From an uncultured Marinoscillum sp. (GTDB lineage Bacteria > Bacteroidota > Bacteroidia > Cytophagales > MED-G16), in contig CACOMW010000005.1 of NCBI GenBank assembly GCA_902628365.1, forward strand, positions 3,592 to 67,591: a stretch of DNA of 64,000 bases, in the 5' to 3' direction. Under the pieces are notes generated by a model that was not told the DNA's origin, did not search any database, and was given only the letters and a program-made list of their open reading frames with translations. Both the position numbers and the translations under genes were made by a program. Below are positions 47,559-58,184 of this stretch, piece after piece; position 1 is the first letter of the stretch, and each line of letters begins with the position of its first letter.

Positions 47559-48389
47559 ATTAATTTATTTAATAATAATTCTTTTGATTGTAGCAAAGTC
47601 ACTACAAGAAATTATAGTACTTCATTCACATTGGGGATAAAAACACTTAATAAAAAATTTCATAAGCCTATTTATGCTATATATGGATTTGTAAGATTTG
47701 CAGATGAAATAGTAGATAGTTTTTATGGTCAAAATCAAAAAAATCTTTTACAAGAATTTAAAAAAGAAACATATAATTCTATAAGAAGGAAGGTGAGCTT
47801 AAATCCAATTTTAAATTCTTTTCAGATATGTGTAAATAAATATAAAATACCAGAAGAGTTGATAGATTCATTTTTATATAGTATGGAAATGGATTTGAAC
47901 AAAAAAAAATATGATAAATCCAATTATGAAAAATATATCTATGGATCTGCTGAAGTTGTCGGTTTAATGTGTTTAAAAATTTTTTGTAAAAAAGAATCTG
48001 AATATAAATCCCTAGTAAGATATGCTAAGAGTTTAGGGTCTGCATTTCAAAAAATAAATTTTTTAAGAGATTTAAAGAGCGATTATAAAGATAGGGGAAG
48101 ATTGTATTTTCCAGATGTTAATTATAACAGTTTAGATAATAAAGAAAAAAAAATAATAGAAAAGAATATTTTATCCGACTTTAATAGTGGCTTAATTGGA
48201 ATAAAAAAGTTACCAGATGAAGCGAAATTTGGAGTTTATTTAACATATAAATATTATTTAAGTCTTTTTAATAAAATATCGAGATTAGATGCTGAAATAA
48301 TTAAACAAAAAAGAATACGAATTTCTAATTTTTCTAAATTCATAATTTTTATCAAGTCATTTCTATTAATTAAATTGAATTTGATTTAA
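47559..48389 (+). CDS. crtB: phytoene synthase
   Basis: YGFVRFADEIVDSF, YIYGSAEVVGLMCL and QKINFLRDL are isoprenoid-synthase Asp-rich/trans-IPPS head-to-head motifs. The track starts at TTG 47631, but the conserved N-terminal SFDCSKVTTRNYSTSF is encoded upstream in frame. The frame opens after TAA 47532-34 and contains no ATG. I place the start provisionally at ATT 47559; alternatives are CTG 47547 and ATA 47535. Confidence 0.8.
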   Translation: MNLFNNNSFDCSKVTTRNYSTSFTLGIKTLNKKFHKPIYAIYGFVRFADEIVDSFYGQNQKNLLQEFKKETYNSIRRKVSLNPILNSFQICVNKYKIPEELIDSFLYSMEMDLNKKKYDKSNYEKYIYGSAEVVGLMCLKIFCKKESEYKSLVRYAKSLGSAFQKINFLRDLKSDYKDRGRLYFPDVNYNSLDNKEKKIIEKNILSDFNSGLIGIKKLPDEAKFGVYLTYKYYLSLFNKISRLDAEIIKQKRIRISNFSKFIIFIKSFLLIKLNLI

Positions 48390-49097
48390 ATGAGCTTATA
48401 TTTTATTTTACTAATCTTCACAATTTCATTTCCACTAGCTGCTTCATGGGATTCGAGATTCAAATACTTTTCCAAAATAAAAGCGCTGATGACAGCATTT
48501 ACATTGACAGCTCTTTTTTTTATTCCATGGGATATTATCTTTACAAAAAATCAAATATGGGGTTTCAATAAGATGCATATTTCAAATATAAGTTTTTTTG
48601 ATATGCCAATTGAAGAGTGGCTTTTTTTCTTCATAATTCCCTATTCTTGTTTATTTATTTATGAAAGTGTAAAATATTTTTTTGACTTAAAAAAACATAA
48701 TAATCTATCCAAAAAATTTCTAACTATAACTGCTGTTATATTATTAGTTTTTGCTGCCATCAATCCTGATAAAAGTTATACATTTTGGAATTTTCTTTTC
48801 TGTGGTACCTTTATAATTATAATTCTTCCTTTAATGAGTTTTAAAAATCATGGTGATTTTTTAGTTAGCTATTTATTAACTCTCATCCCATTTTTTATTG
48901 TGAATGGTATCCTAACAGATGGAGATTTTGATTTTTTATTTGAAACGAATCCAATAGTTTGGTATAACAATACAGAAAACTTATCAATAAGAATTATTAC
49001 GATTCCAATTGAAGATCTTTTTTATTGGTTGTTATTATTTTTAATGAATGTAAGTTTTTACGAGAAATTTCTTAACAAATTAAAATTAAATTCGTAA
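48390..49097 (+). CDS. crtY: lycopene cyclase, fused heterodimeric (CrtYc/CrtYd-type) membrane protein
   Basis: 235 aa, polytopic. Two copies of the PxE(E/D) motif (MPIEEWLFF, IPIEDLFYW), one per half. The ATG directly abuts the crtB TAA. Confidence 0.65.
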   Translation: MSLYFILLIFTISFPLAASWDSRFKYFSKIKALMTAFTLTALFFIPWDIIFTKNQIWGFNKMHISNISFFDMPIEEWLFFFIIPYSCLFIYESVKYFFDLKKHNNLSKKFLTITAVILLVFAAINPDKSYTFWNFLFCGTFIIIILPLMSFKNHGDFLVSYLLTLIPFFIVNGILTDGDFDFLFETNPIVWYNNTENLSIRIITIPIEDLFYWLLLFLMNVSFYEKFLNKLKLNS

Positions 49098-49118
49098 TCA
49101 ATTAACTTTACATTCAAT

Positions 49119-49964
49119 ATGAAAAACTTAAAAGTAAAAATAGATACTAATTCTGGTTTTTGTTTTGGAGTGGAGTTCGCCATAGAAATGGCAGAAGATA
49201 TTTTAAAAACAGATATGGAACTTTATTGTCTTGGTGATATTGTTCACAACGATATGGAAGTAGAAAGATTAGAAAAAATGGGATTAGTAATAATTGATAA
49301 TAAAGATTTAAAAAATATAAAAGATTCTAAAGTGTTGATTAGAGCTCATGGTGAGCCGCCTTCTACATATGAATTAGCTGTAAAAAATAATTTAACTTTA
49401 ATAGATGCATCTTGTCCAGTAGTACTCAAACTTCAAAATAGAATTAAAAAATCACACGATAAAAATGAGGCTATATATATTTATGGAAAACATGGACATC
49501 CTGAGGTAAAAGGATTAAGGGGTCAAACTAAAGAGGATGCAATTATCTTTCAGGATATTTCAGAATTAAATTTTAAGAAGATGCCAAAAGAAATAACTCT
49601 TTACACTCAAACTACAAAAAGTAAAGATAAATATTATGAAATAGTTAAAATTTTAAAAAAAGAAGGTATTGAAGTTAATGCTCATGATACTCTTTGTAGG
49701 CAAGTAAGTAACAGAGACACTCAATTGAAAGACTTTTCTCTTGGTTTTGATAAAATTGTTTTTGTATCTGGAACAAAATCTTCAAATGGAAATGTTCTTT
49801 TCAATGTTTGTAAATCAAATAATAAGCATTCTCATTTTGTTTCTAGCTCTAAAGAATTAAAAAATGAATGGTTTAATAAAAATGAATCTGTTGGAATTTG
49901 TGGCGCTACATCAACTCCAATGTGGTTAATGGAAGATATCAAAACTAAAATTTTAACATTCTAA
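49119..49964 (+). CDS. ispH: 4-hydroxy-3-methylbut-2-enyl diphosphate reductase
   Basis: 281 aa with GFCFGV, IVHN, DASCP and CGATSTP, including the three cluster-binding Cys contexts. Confidence 0.88.
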   Translation: MKNLKVKIDTNSGFCFGVEFAIEMAEDILKTDMELYCLGDIVHNDMEVERLEKMGLVIIDNKDLKNIKDSKVLIRAHGEPPSTYELAVKNNLTLIDASCPVVLKLQNRIKKSHDKNEAIYIYGKHGHPEVKGLRGQTKEDAIIFQDISELNFKKMPKEITLYTQTTKSKDKYYEIVKILKKEGIEVNAHDTLCRQVSNRDTQLKDFSLGFDKIVFVSGTKSSNGNVLFNVCKSNNKHSHFVSSSKELKNEWFNKNESVGICGATSTPMWLMEDIKTKILTF

Positions 49965-49971
49965 TTTAATA

Positions 49972-50427
49972 ATGAGTTTGATTTTAAAAATATCAATAGT
50001 TATTGGAACATTTATTTTTATGGAGGGCGTTGCTTGGTTTACTCATAAATACATAATGCACGGATTTCTATGGAATTTGCATAAATCCCATCATAAAGTT
50101 CATAAGCATTTTTTTGAAATGAATGATCTTTTTGCTGTAATATTTTCTATCCCATCAATTTTACTTATTTATATCGGATATTCTTATGAATCATACAGCA
50201 TATTAAAATATTTTGGAATAGGTATTTTTTTATATGGTGTTGCATATTTAATATTTCATGACATAATAGTACATAGAAGAATAAAAATTAATTTTAAAAT
50301 AAATAGTGAATACATGAAAAGAATAATGAATGCTCACTATGTACATCATAAAGTTCATACAAAAGAGGGAGCTAAAGCATTTGGTTTCTTATTTGCGCCA
50401 AAAAAATATGATGTAAGAAAAGATTAG
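49972..50427 (+). CDS. crtZ: beta-carotene 3-hydroxylase (fatty-acid-hydroxylase superfamily)
   Basis: 151 aa. His boxes HKSHH, HDIIVH and HHKVH in a 4-TM protein. Confidence 0.8.
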   Translation: MSLILKISIVIGTFIFMEGVAWFTHKYIMHGFLWNLHKSHHKVHKHFFEMNDLFAVIFSIPSILLIYIGYSYESYSILKYFGIGIFLYGVAYLIFHDIIVHRRIKINFKINSEYMKRIMNAHYVHHKVHTKEGAKAFGFLFAPKKYDVRKD

Positions 50428-51875
50428 TCTATCAATTTTGGTGGTCCAGGTGGAATTCTAGGTTTATAAATTCTATCGCCTTTTCTTTCCAAATATTCCT
50501 TTTTCACATCATCAATCTTGTCAGGATTCTTATAAAAATCTAACATTGTCATAGCTAATGCTTTTGATGCAAAAATTAAGCCTTTATGCCCAATAGACAT
50601 TCCAGTACATGCTACTACAGCCCAAGAATGCCAAGGCCCACCTTTAGCTGCTGCAGTAACTCCAAGCCGAACTACTGGAACAACTTGACTAACATCTCCA
50701 ACATCAGTAGAGCCTCCTTGAGCAGGCATAGTTGGTTTAATAGGCTTTATTTTTCCATCAATACCTAGTGGCTCTTTTCCTGTTTCTTTTAAAATAGCAT
50801 TAGCATAATTAATTTCGTATTCAGAATATTCAATATCTCCTAATAATTCTAAATTTTTTTGCATTACTGCAGCTCCAGCTCTATTAGGAATGATTTCATA
50901 AATTCCAGAAATGAGACTTAGCTCATATTTTACTCCTGCCATCATAGCTGCGGCTTCAGCTATTTTTTTTGCTCTTTCATACAAGATATCAACATTATCA
51001 TTATCATTTTCTCTAAGTCTTGTCCAAATTTGAGCATACTCTGGAACAACATTTACAACATCTCCTGCTTTTTCAATATCATAATGTATTCTAGCGGTAG
51101 GTTTAATATGTTCACGATAATAGTTTAAACCAGTAGTATATAATTCTAAAGCATCTACAGCACTGTTACCATTCCATGGATCTCCTGACGCATGCGCAGC
51201 ATTGCCAAAAAACTTAAGTCTAAAATCTACAAGAGCTTTACTACTTTGTGTAGCAGCAGCAATCTCTGAACCAGGATGCCAATCCATACATAAATCAAGT
51301 TTATCAAATAATCCTTCTCTAACCATCCAAACTTTTGCAAAAATAGTTTCTTCAGCTGGGGTTCCATAAAAAATAACAGTACCAGATATCTCACCACTTT
51401 CAATTTGCTCTTTAATTGCAATTGCTGCTGCTAAACTTGCTGTACCAAACAAATTATGGCCACACCCATGACCAGCAGCACCCTTTATTAAAGGTTCTTT
51501 AGTGGGTTGTTTCTTTTGAGATATTCCTGCATTTGCATCAAATTCTCCCATAATACCAATAATAGGCCTACCAGAGCCATAGGTTGCTGTAAAAGCTGTA
51601 GATATTCCCGCAACCCCTTTTTTAACTGTAAAACCATTTTCTTCAGCATAATCTGAAAGATATTTTGAAGATTTAAATTCTCGAAGAGAAAGTTCTGCCG
51701 CTTCCCAGATATTATCACTAATTTCAATTAATTTTTCTCTTTTTTCTTCAATTGAATTAATTATAACTTTCTTTTGTTTAGGAATTTTTTTTTGTGAAAA
51801 CGCAGATGGTATGAAAACTAATAATAATGTTACTTTAATAAAAGGACGAAAATGGTACTTAAAAAAATTAATCAT
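50424..51875 (-). CDS. secreted M20-family amidohydrolase (aminobenzoyl-glutamate utilisation AbgB-like)
   Basis: 483 aa with signal peptide. GHGCGHNLFG and GTPAEE metal-binding motifs. Convergent 4-nt overlap with the crtZ stop. Confidence 0.7.
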   Translation of the reverse strand: MINFFKYHFRPFIKVTLLLVFIPSAFSQKKIPKQKKVIINSIEEKREKLIEISDNIWEAAELSLREFKSSKYLSDYAEENGFTVKKGVAGISTAFTATYGSGRPIIGIMGEFDANAGISQKKQPTKEPLIKGAAGHGCGHNLFGTASLAAAIAIKEQIESGEISGTVIFYGTPAEETIFAKVWMVREGLFDKLDLCMDWHPGSEIAAATQSSKALVDFRLKFFGNAAHASGDPWNGNSAVDALELYTTGLNYYREHIKPTARIHYDIEKAGDVVNVVPEYAQIWTRLRENDNDNVDILYERAKKIAEAAAMMAGVKYELSLISGIYEIIPNRAGAAVMQKNLELLGDIEYSEYEINYANAILKETGKEPLGIDGKIKPIKPTMPAQGGSTDVGDVSQVVPVVRLGVTAAAKGGPWHSWAVVACTGMSIGHKGLIFASKALAMTMLDFYKNPDKIDDVKKEYLERKGDRIYKPRIPPGPPKLID

Positions 51876-52024
51876 AATATGTTTTTTGGGTTAAACTAAA
51901 CTTTGTTAATCTAATAACTATAAATCAAAAAGAAAATTTTTTTTAAAACTTATTCTTTATAGAATCTTAATAAACATTAAAATCAGAATAATTATTTATT
52001 AATTTTAATCTGTATTTTATCAAA

Positions 52025-53326
52025 ATGAAAACAAAAGAAGAGAAAATAAATATAGTAACATTAGGCTGTGCAAAAAATATAGTTGATTCTCAAATGCTTT
52101 TAACCCAATTAAAAGGAAATAACTTTGATGCATATCATGAAAAAAAAGATAAGAATTCTGATATTATAATAATCAACACATGTGGGTTTATAGAAAATGC
52201 AAAACAAGAATCTATTGATACTATTCTAAAATTTGCTCGCGAGAAAAAAAGCGGTAATATAAAAAAACTCTATGTTACTGGTTGTTTATCAGAAAGATAT
52301 AAAGATAGTCTTAAGAAGGAAATCCCAGATGTTGATGATTATTTTGGAACTAATGATTTACCAATATTACTTAGAAATTTAAAAGCAAAATATAGGGAAG
52401 AGCTTTTAAGCAAAAGGGTTTTATCAGATAATAATCATTATGCATACCTTAAAGTATCCGAAGGCTGTAATAGACCGTGTTCTTTTTGTGCTATTCCACT
52501 TATGCGAGGAAAACACATTTCAAAACCCATTGAATTATTAATTGAAGAAGCAAAAAATTTATCCAAAAAAGGAGTAAAAGAATTAATTATTATTGCTCAA
52601 GATTCTACTTATTATGGAATAGACTTATATAAAAAAAGAATGCTTGCGGAATTATTACAAAGACTTTCAGAGATAGAGGGGATAAAATGGATTAGAATAC
52701 ACTATGCTTTTCCAACCGGATTTCCTATGGACATTATAGATGTTATGAAAAAAAATAAAAAAATTTGTAACTATCTGGATATTCCACTACAACATGGCTC
52801 CTCAAAAATGTTAAAAATTATGAGAAGAGGAACTAATAGAGAAAAGTCAGAAGAACTTATTTATAAAATTAGAGATATAATTCCTGATATTTCAATTAGA
52901 ACTACCCTAATTGCTGGACATCCTGGTGAGACGGAAAAAGACTTTCAGGAAATGTACAATTTTGTTGAAAAGATGAAGTTTAATAGGTTAGGAATTTTTA
53001 CTTATTCACATGAAGAAGGCACAAATTCATTTTCGATGAAAGATGATGTGCCAGAATTAATCAAGAAAGATAGAGCTGACTCAATAATGAAGCTTCAACA
53101 AAAAATATCTTATGATTTAAATCAAAAATTTATTGATAAAAAACTTAAGGTAATCATTGATCGTAAAGAAAAAGATACTTTCTTTGGTAGGACTGAATTT
53201 GATTCTCCTGAAGTAGATAATGAAATAATTATAAAGGAAAATTCAAGAAATTTAAAAATTGGAAATTTTTATAACGTAATAGTTCAAGAAGCATTGAATT
53301 ACGATCTTTATTGTAGATTATTATGA
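52025..53326 (+). CDS. rimO: ribosomal protein S12 methylthiotransferase
   Basis: 433 aa. UPF0004 N-domain (INIVTLGCAKNIVDSQ), radical-SAM CNRPCSFC and a C-terminal TRAM domain. Confidence 0.8.
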   Translation: MKTKEEKINIVTLGCAKNIVDSQMLLTQLKGNNFDAYHEKKDKNSDIIIINTCGFIENAKQESIDTILKFAREKKSGNIKKLYVTGCLSERYKDSLKKEIPDVDDYFGTNDLPILLRNLKAKYREELLSKRVLSDNNHYAYLKVSEGCNRPCSFCAIPLMRGKHISKPIELLIEEAKNLSKKGVKELIIIAQDSTYYGIDLYKKRMLAELLQRLSEIEGIKWIRIHYAFPTGFPMDIIDVMKKNKKICNYLDIPLQHGSSKMLKIMRRGTNREKSEELIYKIRDIIPDISIRTTLIAGHPGETEKDFQEMYNFVEKMKFNRLGIFTYSHEEGTNSFSMKDDVPELIKKDRADSIMKLQQKISYDLNQKFIDKKLKVIIDRKEKDTFFGRTEFDSPEVDNEIIIKENSRNLKIGNFYNVIVQEALNYDLYCRLL

Positions 53327-54834
53327 ATAAATTAGAAAAAATATCATTCGAAAAAACTCAGAATTTTTCTAAAAAATTTCTAAGACATGTTAATTCTGAA
53401 AAAATTAATTTAAAAAATATATACTTAAAAACAAAAGAAATATCTTATGTTGAAAAGAAAAGAAAAATACTACATAAAAGTTTAATTAAACAATATGAGA
53501 AAATTAACTGTTCTAATAAAGTTGTAGAAAACATAAATCAGTTAAAAAACAAAAACACATTTTCTGTAACAACCGGACACCAACTAAATATATTTACAGG
53601 CCCATTATACGTTATTTATAAAATTATATCTACGATAAATCTAGCATCTAAGCTTAAGAAAAAATATCCTAAAAAAAATTTTGTTCCAATATATTGGATG
53701 GCTTCAGAAGACCATGATTTTGATGAAATAAAGTCATTTTATCTTTATGGTAAAAATTATAGCTGGGACATTAAAGCCTCAGGAGCTGTTGGAGATATCA
53801 ATCCTAAAACAATAAAAAACCTATTTAAAAATATACCTGAAAAAATATCATTATTTGAAAAAGCGTATTTAAAAAATTCTAAATTATCAAATTCAGTATT
53901 GTACTATATGAATGAACTTTTTGGTAAATACGGACTTATTATTCTCGACCCTAACAACAGAAACTATAAAAAACTTTTTTTAGAAGTAATCAAAGATGAT
54001 ATAGTTAATAATTCTATAAAAAATCTACAATCAAAATCTTCAAAAAAAAATTTAGTACATATTAGAAAAATTAATTTCTTTTATTTGAAAAAAAATCTAA
54101 GAGAAAGAATAATTAAAGAAAAAAATAAATACAAAATAAATAATACTTCAATATCATTTTCCGAAAAAGAAATAATCAATAAGTTAAATTCAAATTCAGA
54201 ATTTTTTAGTCCAAATGTTATAATGAGATGTCTTTATCAACAAAGTATAATTCCAAATATAGCATACGTGGGGGGTCCATCTGAGATTGAATATTGGCTA
54301 GAATTCAAAGATTTTTTTAATTTTTATAATATTCCATTTCCAATTATTCTACCAAGAAATTTTGTGACAATTATTAATGATAAAATTAAATCGAAACTTG
54401 AAAAGCTTAACATCAAACTTTCTGATATATTTAAAAATAAAAATGAATTAGAAAAAATTATTTTAAAATATCAATCAAAAAATAAATTTGATTTAATTAA
54501 TGAAAAACAAAATATTGGAAAAGAGATAGAAAAAATAATAGATAAATCTAAAGCTATAGATAAATCATTAAATGGTAAAATCTTAGCATTAAAAAAGAAG
54601 ACAATTAATGAAATAAATAGTTTAGAAAAAAGATTTATAAAGGAAGAAAAAAAGAATCACCAAAAAAGTCTTAATGAACTTGATAAAATAATGTCTAAAT
54701 TATTTCCCGATAATATTCTTCAAGAAAGAAAAGAAAATTTTTTAAATTATTATTTATCTGATAAAAATCTTGTTGATACACTTATTAAGAAACTTGATCC
54801 TTTAAAGTTTTATTTTAATATTATATCCAAATAA
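53323..54834 (+). CDS. bshC: bacillithiol biosynthesis cysteine-adding enzyme
   Basis: 503 aa with VTTGHQLNIFTGPLYVIYKIISTINLA, the BshC N-terminal signature. ATGA overlap with rimO. Confidence 0.75.
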   Translation: MNKLEKISFEKTQNFSKKFLRHVNSEKINLKNIYLKTKEISYVEKKRKILHKSLIKQYEKINCSNKVVENINQLKNKNTFSVTTGHQLNIFTGPLYVIYKIISTINLASKLKKKYPKKNFVPIYWMASEDHDFDEIKSFYLYGKNYSWDIKASGAVGDINPKTIKNLFKNIPEKISLFEKAYLKNSKLSNSVLYYMNELFGKYGLIILDPNNRNYKKLFLEVIKDDIVNNSIKNLQSKSSKKNLVHIRKINFFYLKKNLRERIIKEKNKYKINNTSISFSEKEIINKLNSNSEFFSPNVIMRCLYQQSIIPNIAYVGGPSEIEYWLEFKDFFNFYNIPFPIILPRNFVTIINDKIKSKLEKLNIKLSDIFKNKNELEKIILKYQSKNKFDLINEKQNIGKEIEKIIDKSKAIDKSLNGKILALKKKTINEINSLEKRFIKEEKKNHQKSLNELDKIMSKLFPDNILQERKENFLNYYLSDKNLVDTLIKKLDPLKFYFNIISK

Positions 54835-55797
54835 ATGATGAAAAAATATGATATATGTATTGTTGGAGCTGGCCCAATTGGATTAAACTGTGCAATAGAA
54901 GCAATTAAATCAAATTTAAGTTATATAATAATCGACAAAGGATGTTTGGTCAACTCATTATACAACTATCCAAATAATATGACATTTTTTTCTACTTCTG
55001 ATAAGTTAGAAATTGGTAATATTCCTTTTATCTCACATAATTCTAAACCCACAAAAGCAGAAGCTATGGAATATTATAGAAGAGTTTCATCATCGTGGAA
55101 ATTAAAACTCAACCTTTACGAAAAAGTAGTTGAAATTAAAAAAGGTGAAAATTTTAAAATACAAACTTCAAAGAGCAATTATCTATCAAAAAATGTTATA
55201 ATCGCAACTGGATTTTATGACTTACCGTATAAACTTCAAATACCAGGTGAAGAGTTAAAAAAAGTAAAACATTACTATGATGACCCTCATCCATACTTTG
55301 GCATGAAAATAGCTATTGTTGGCGCTGGTAATTCAGCTATTGATGTTGCCTTAGAAACATTTAGAAAGGGTTGCAAAGAAGTTACTATGATTATAAGAGA
55401 ACCAAAACTAAATTCAAATATAAAATATTGGGTAAAACCTGATATTGAAAATAGAATTAAAGAAAATAGTATTAAAGCATATTTCAATTCTAAAATAACT
55501 AAAATAACAGATAAAAATATTGAGGTAAAAACAAAAAATAAAAAAATTCAATTAGAAAATGATTTTGTTCTTGCAATGACAGGTTATCAACCAAATTTTA
55601 ATTTTCTAAAAAAAATTGGAATTAAAATTCGTACAGATAAAAACAAAACTCCCTTGCATGATAAAAAAACTATGGAAACAAATATTTCAGGATTGTATTT
55701 AGCAGGTGTAATATGTGGGGGATTAAAAACCAACAAATGGTTTATAGAAAATTCAAGAGAACATTCAATTAATATTATTAATCATATAAAAAAATAA
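54835..55797 (+). CDS. ypdA: YpdA-family putative bacillithiol disulfide reductase (FAD/NAD(P) oxidoreductase)
   Basis: 320 aa. Two dinucleotide folds (ICIVGAGPIGL, IAIVGAGNSAID) and no CxxC. Abuts the bshC stop. Confidence 0.7.
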   Translation: MMKKYDICIVGAGPIGLNCAIEAIKSNLSYIIIDKGCLVNSLYNYPNNMTFFSTSDKLEIGNIPFISHNSKPTKAEAMEYYRRVSSSWKLKLNLYEKVVEIKKGENFKIQTSKSNYLSKNVIIATGFYDLPYKLQIPGEELKKVKHYYDDPHPYFGMKIAIVGAGNSAIDVALETFRKGCKEVTMIIREPKLNSNIKYWVKPDIENRIKENSIKAYFNSKITKITDKNIEVKTKNKKIQLENDFVLAMTGYQPNFNFLKKIGIKIRTDKNKTPLHDKKTMETNISGLYLAGVICGGLKTNKWFIENSREHSINIINHIKK

Positions 55798-58184
55798 TGT
55801 TTAGAAAATTATATCAATTATTGATTCTTTATTTGATATCCATAAATGTTTATTCACAAACAAATTATACTTTAAATGGCTACATTAAAAGTGCTTCGGA
55901 TGGAGAGTCACTAATTGGTGCTACAATTTATATTAATGAAATTCAGGGTGGAGTAATAACTAATCCTTATGGTTTTTATTCAATAACACTTGAAGAAGGA
56001 GAGTATAATATTGAATATAGATATATCGGGTATATAACATTGAAAAAAAAAATAATACTTGATAAAGATCAAAAAATTGATATTGAACTTTTAAGTGAAG
56101 ATATTGAATTGGAAAATATTTTAATAACTAGTGAGTCAGAAAACGAAAATGTTTCGAGTACAGAAATAAGTACATTTAAATTAGACATTGGTAAAATTAA
56201 TGAAATACCTACTTTTCTTGGAGAAGTTGATATAATAAAAGCTATTCAGTTAATTCCAGGGGTTAGTACCGTTGGAGAAGGTGGAAGTGGGTTCAATGTA
56301 AGAGGCGGGTCAGTAGGTCAAAATTTAGTTTTGCTAGATGAAGCACCTGTATATAATTCTTCTCATCTTTTAGGTTTTTTGTCTGTTTTTAACCCAGATG
56401 CTGTAAAAGATTTGAAATTATATAAAGGTGGAATTCCTGCAAGATACGGTGGGAGGCTATCATCGATTTTAGATATTAGAATGAAAGATGGCAATAATAA
56501 AAAAAGAAGTATTTCAGGAGGGATTGGCTCCATATTTAGCAGACTAACTGTAGAAGCTCCAATTGTTAAAGAAAAGTCGTCATTTATTTTGGCATTAAGA
56601 AGATCATATGCTGATGTATTAGCAAAACCATTTTTGAAAAACTCAAACTTTTTAAACGATGGTTGGGCATTAAATTTTTATGATCTAACAGCTAAAATTA
56701 ATTTTAATTTAGACGAGAAAAATAGAATATTTTTTTCAAGTTATCTGGGAAGAGATATCTTCAGATTTGATGAAAGGCAAGGTTTTAATTGGGGAAATAG
56801 AACGGGAACTATAAGATGGAATCACCTATTTAATGATAGATTATTTTCAAACTTTACTACCATTTACAGTAATTATGATTATCAATTAGCTTTTGGATCA
56901 GATGATAGAAATAAATTTGAATGGGATTCCAAGATTGAAACATTAAACTTAAAGCCTGAATTTACATATTTTATTAATACAAATAATGAATTTTCTATTG
57001 GAGGAGAGTTTCTGATTTATCGATTTGAACCGGCAAATGCACAGGGAGTTAGTGATGGAAAAATAACTGACATAACACTTCCAAAAAAATATGCATTTGA
57101 AAGTTCCATCTATTTTGGAAACGAACAAAAAATAAATAATATTTCTTTTTCATATGGGTTAAGAACCTCCACCTACACGTACCTTGGTCCTGGTACTAAA
57201 TATATTTTTAATCCACCAACAAATCCAGGAGATAGAAAGACTATTAATTCAGAGGAAAAAATGAATAAGTGGAAAAATATTCAATCATTTTCAAATTTAG
57301 AGCCAAGAATTTCAATTAATTATAAATTGAATGATTCTAATTCATTGAAAATAAGCTATAATAAAATGGTTCAATATATCCACCTTCTATCAAACACTGC
57401 AGCTTCAAGCTCTCTTGATGTTTGGACTCCAAGTACCAACAATATAAAACCAGAAAAAGTTGATAGCTATGCTATAGGATATTTTAAAAATTTTAAAGAA
57501 AATATTTTTGAATCATCTATAGAGTTTTATTATAAAAAATTAAAAAATCAAATTGATTACATTGATGGTGCTGATATTTTAATTAATAAATATATCGAAG
57601 GTGATTTATTATTTGGAATTGGAAGGGCTTATGGGATGGAGTTATTATTTAGAAAGAAATCAGGTAGAGTAAACGGTTGGGTTAGCTATACTTTAGCTAG
57701 AACGGAATTAAAAATTGATGGAATAAATAATTTTAAATGGTATCCCACCAGATATGATCAAACACATAATTTAAAATTCACTTCAAATTTTGATTTAAAT
57801 AAAAGAATTTCATTTGCTGGTAACTTCACATTTATATCTGGAACTCCAGTTACATTTCCTACATCAAAATATGTAATTCAAGGCTTTGTTATTCCACATA
57901 ACTCAAATAATTCTAGAAATGATAGAAGAATTCCAAATTATCATAGATTAGATTTTTCAGTTACTATAAATGGAAAAAAAGAAAATAAAAAAGGAAAAAT
58001 AAGAAAAAATAATAACTCCTTAGTTATTGGGATATATAATGTATATAATAGGAAAAACCCATTTTCAATTTATTTTTCTCAAGGTAAAAAGGTAGCGTCA
58101 GAATCTTTTGTTCCGGGTCAAGTAACTAGGCTGTCAATAATAGGCTCTTTTGTTCCATCAATAACATACAATTTTAAGTTTTAA
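55797..58184 (+). CDS. TonB-dependent receptor with carboxypeptidase-regulatory-like N-domain (non-SusC type)
   Basis: 795 aa. YTLNGYIKSASDGESLIGATIYINE..., plug (DIIKAIQLIPGVS), and a beta-barrel ending in an aromatic residue (...TYNFKF). TAATG overlap with ypdA. Confidence 0.85.
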   Translation: MFRKLYQLLILYLISINVYSQTNYTLNGYIKSASDGESLIGATIYINEIQGGVITNPYGFYSITLEEGEYNIEYRYIGYITLKKKIILDKDQKIDIELLSEDIELENILITSESENENVSSTEISTFKLDIGKINEIPTFLGEVDIIKAIQLIPGVSTVGEGGSGFNVRGGSVGQNLVLLDEAPVYNSSHLLGFLSVFNPDAVKDLKLYKGGIPARYGGRLSSILDIRMKDGNNKKRSISGGIGSIFSRLTVEAPIVKEKSSFILALRRSYADVLAKPFLKNSNFLNDGWALNFYDLTAKINFNLDEKNRIFFSSYLGRDIFRFDERQGFNWGNRTGTIRWNHLFNDRLFSNFTTIYSNYDYQLAFGSDDRNKFEWDSKIETLNLKPEFTYFINTNNEFSIGGEFLIYRFEPANAQGVSDGKITDITLPKKYAFESSIYFGNEQKINNISFSYGLRTSTYTYLGPGTKYIFNPPTNPGDRKTINSEEKMNKWKNIQSFSNLEPRISINYKLNDSNSLKISYNKMVQYIHLLSNTAASSSLDVWTPSTNNIKPEKVDSYAIGYFKNFKENIFESSIEFYYKKLKNQIDYIDGADILINKYIEGDLLFGIGRAYGMELLFRKKSGRVNGWVSYTLARTELKIDGINNFKWYPTRYDQTHNLKFTSNFDLNKRISFAGNFTFISGTPVTFPTSKYVIQGFVIPHNSNNSRNDRRIPNYHRLDFSVTINGKKENKKGKIRKNNNSLVIGIYNVYNRKNPFSIYFSQGKKVASESFVPGQVTRLSIIGSFVPSITYNFKF

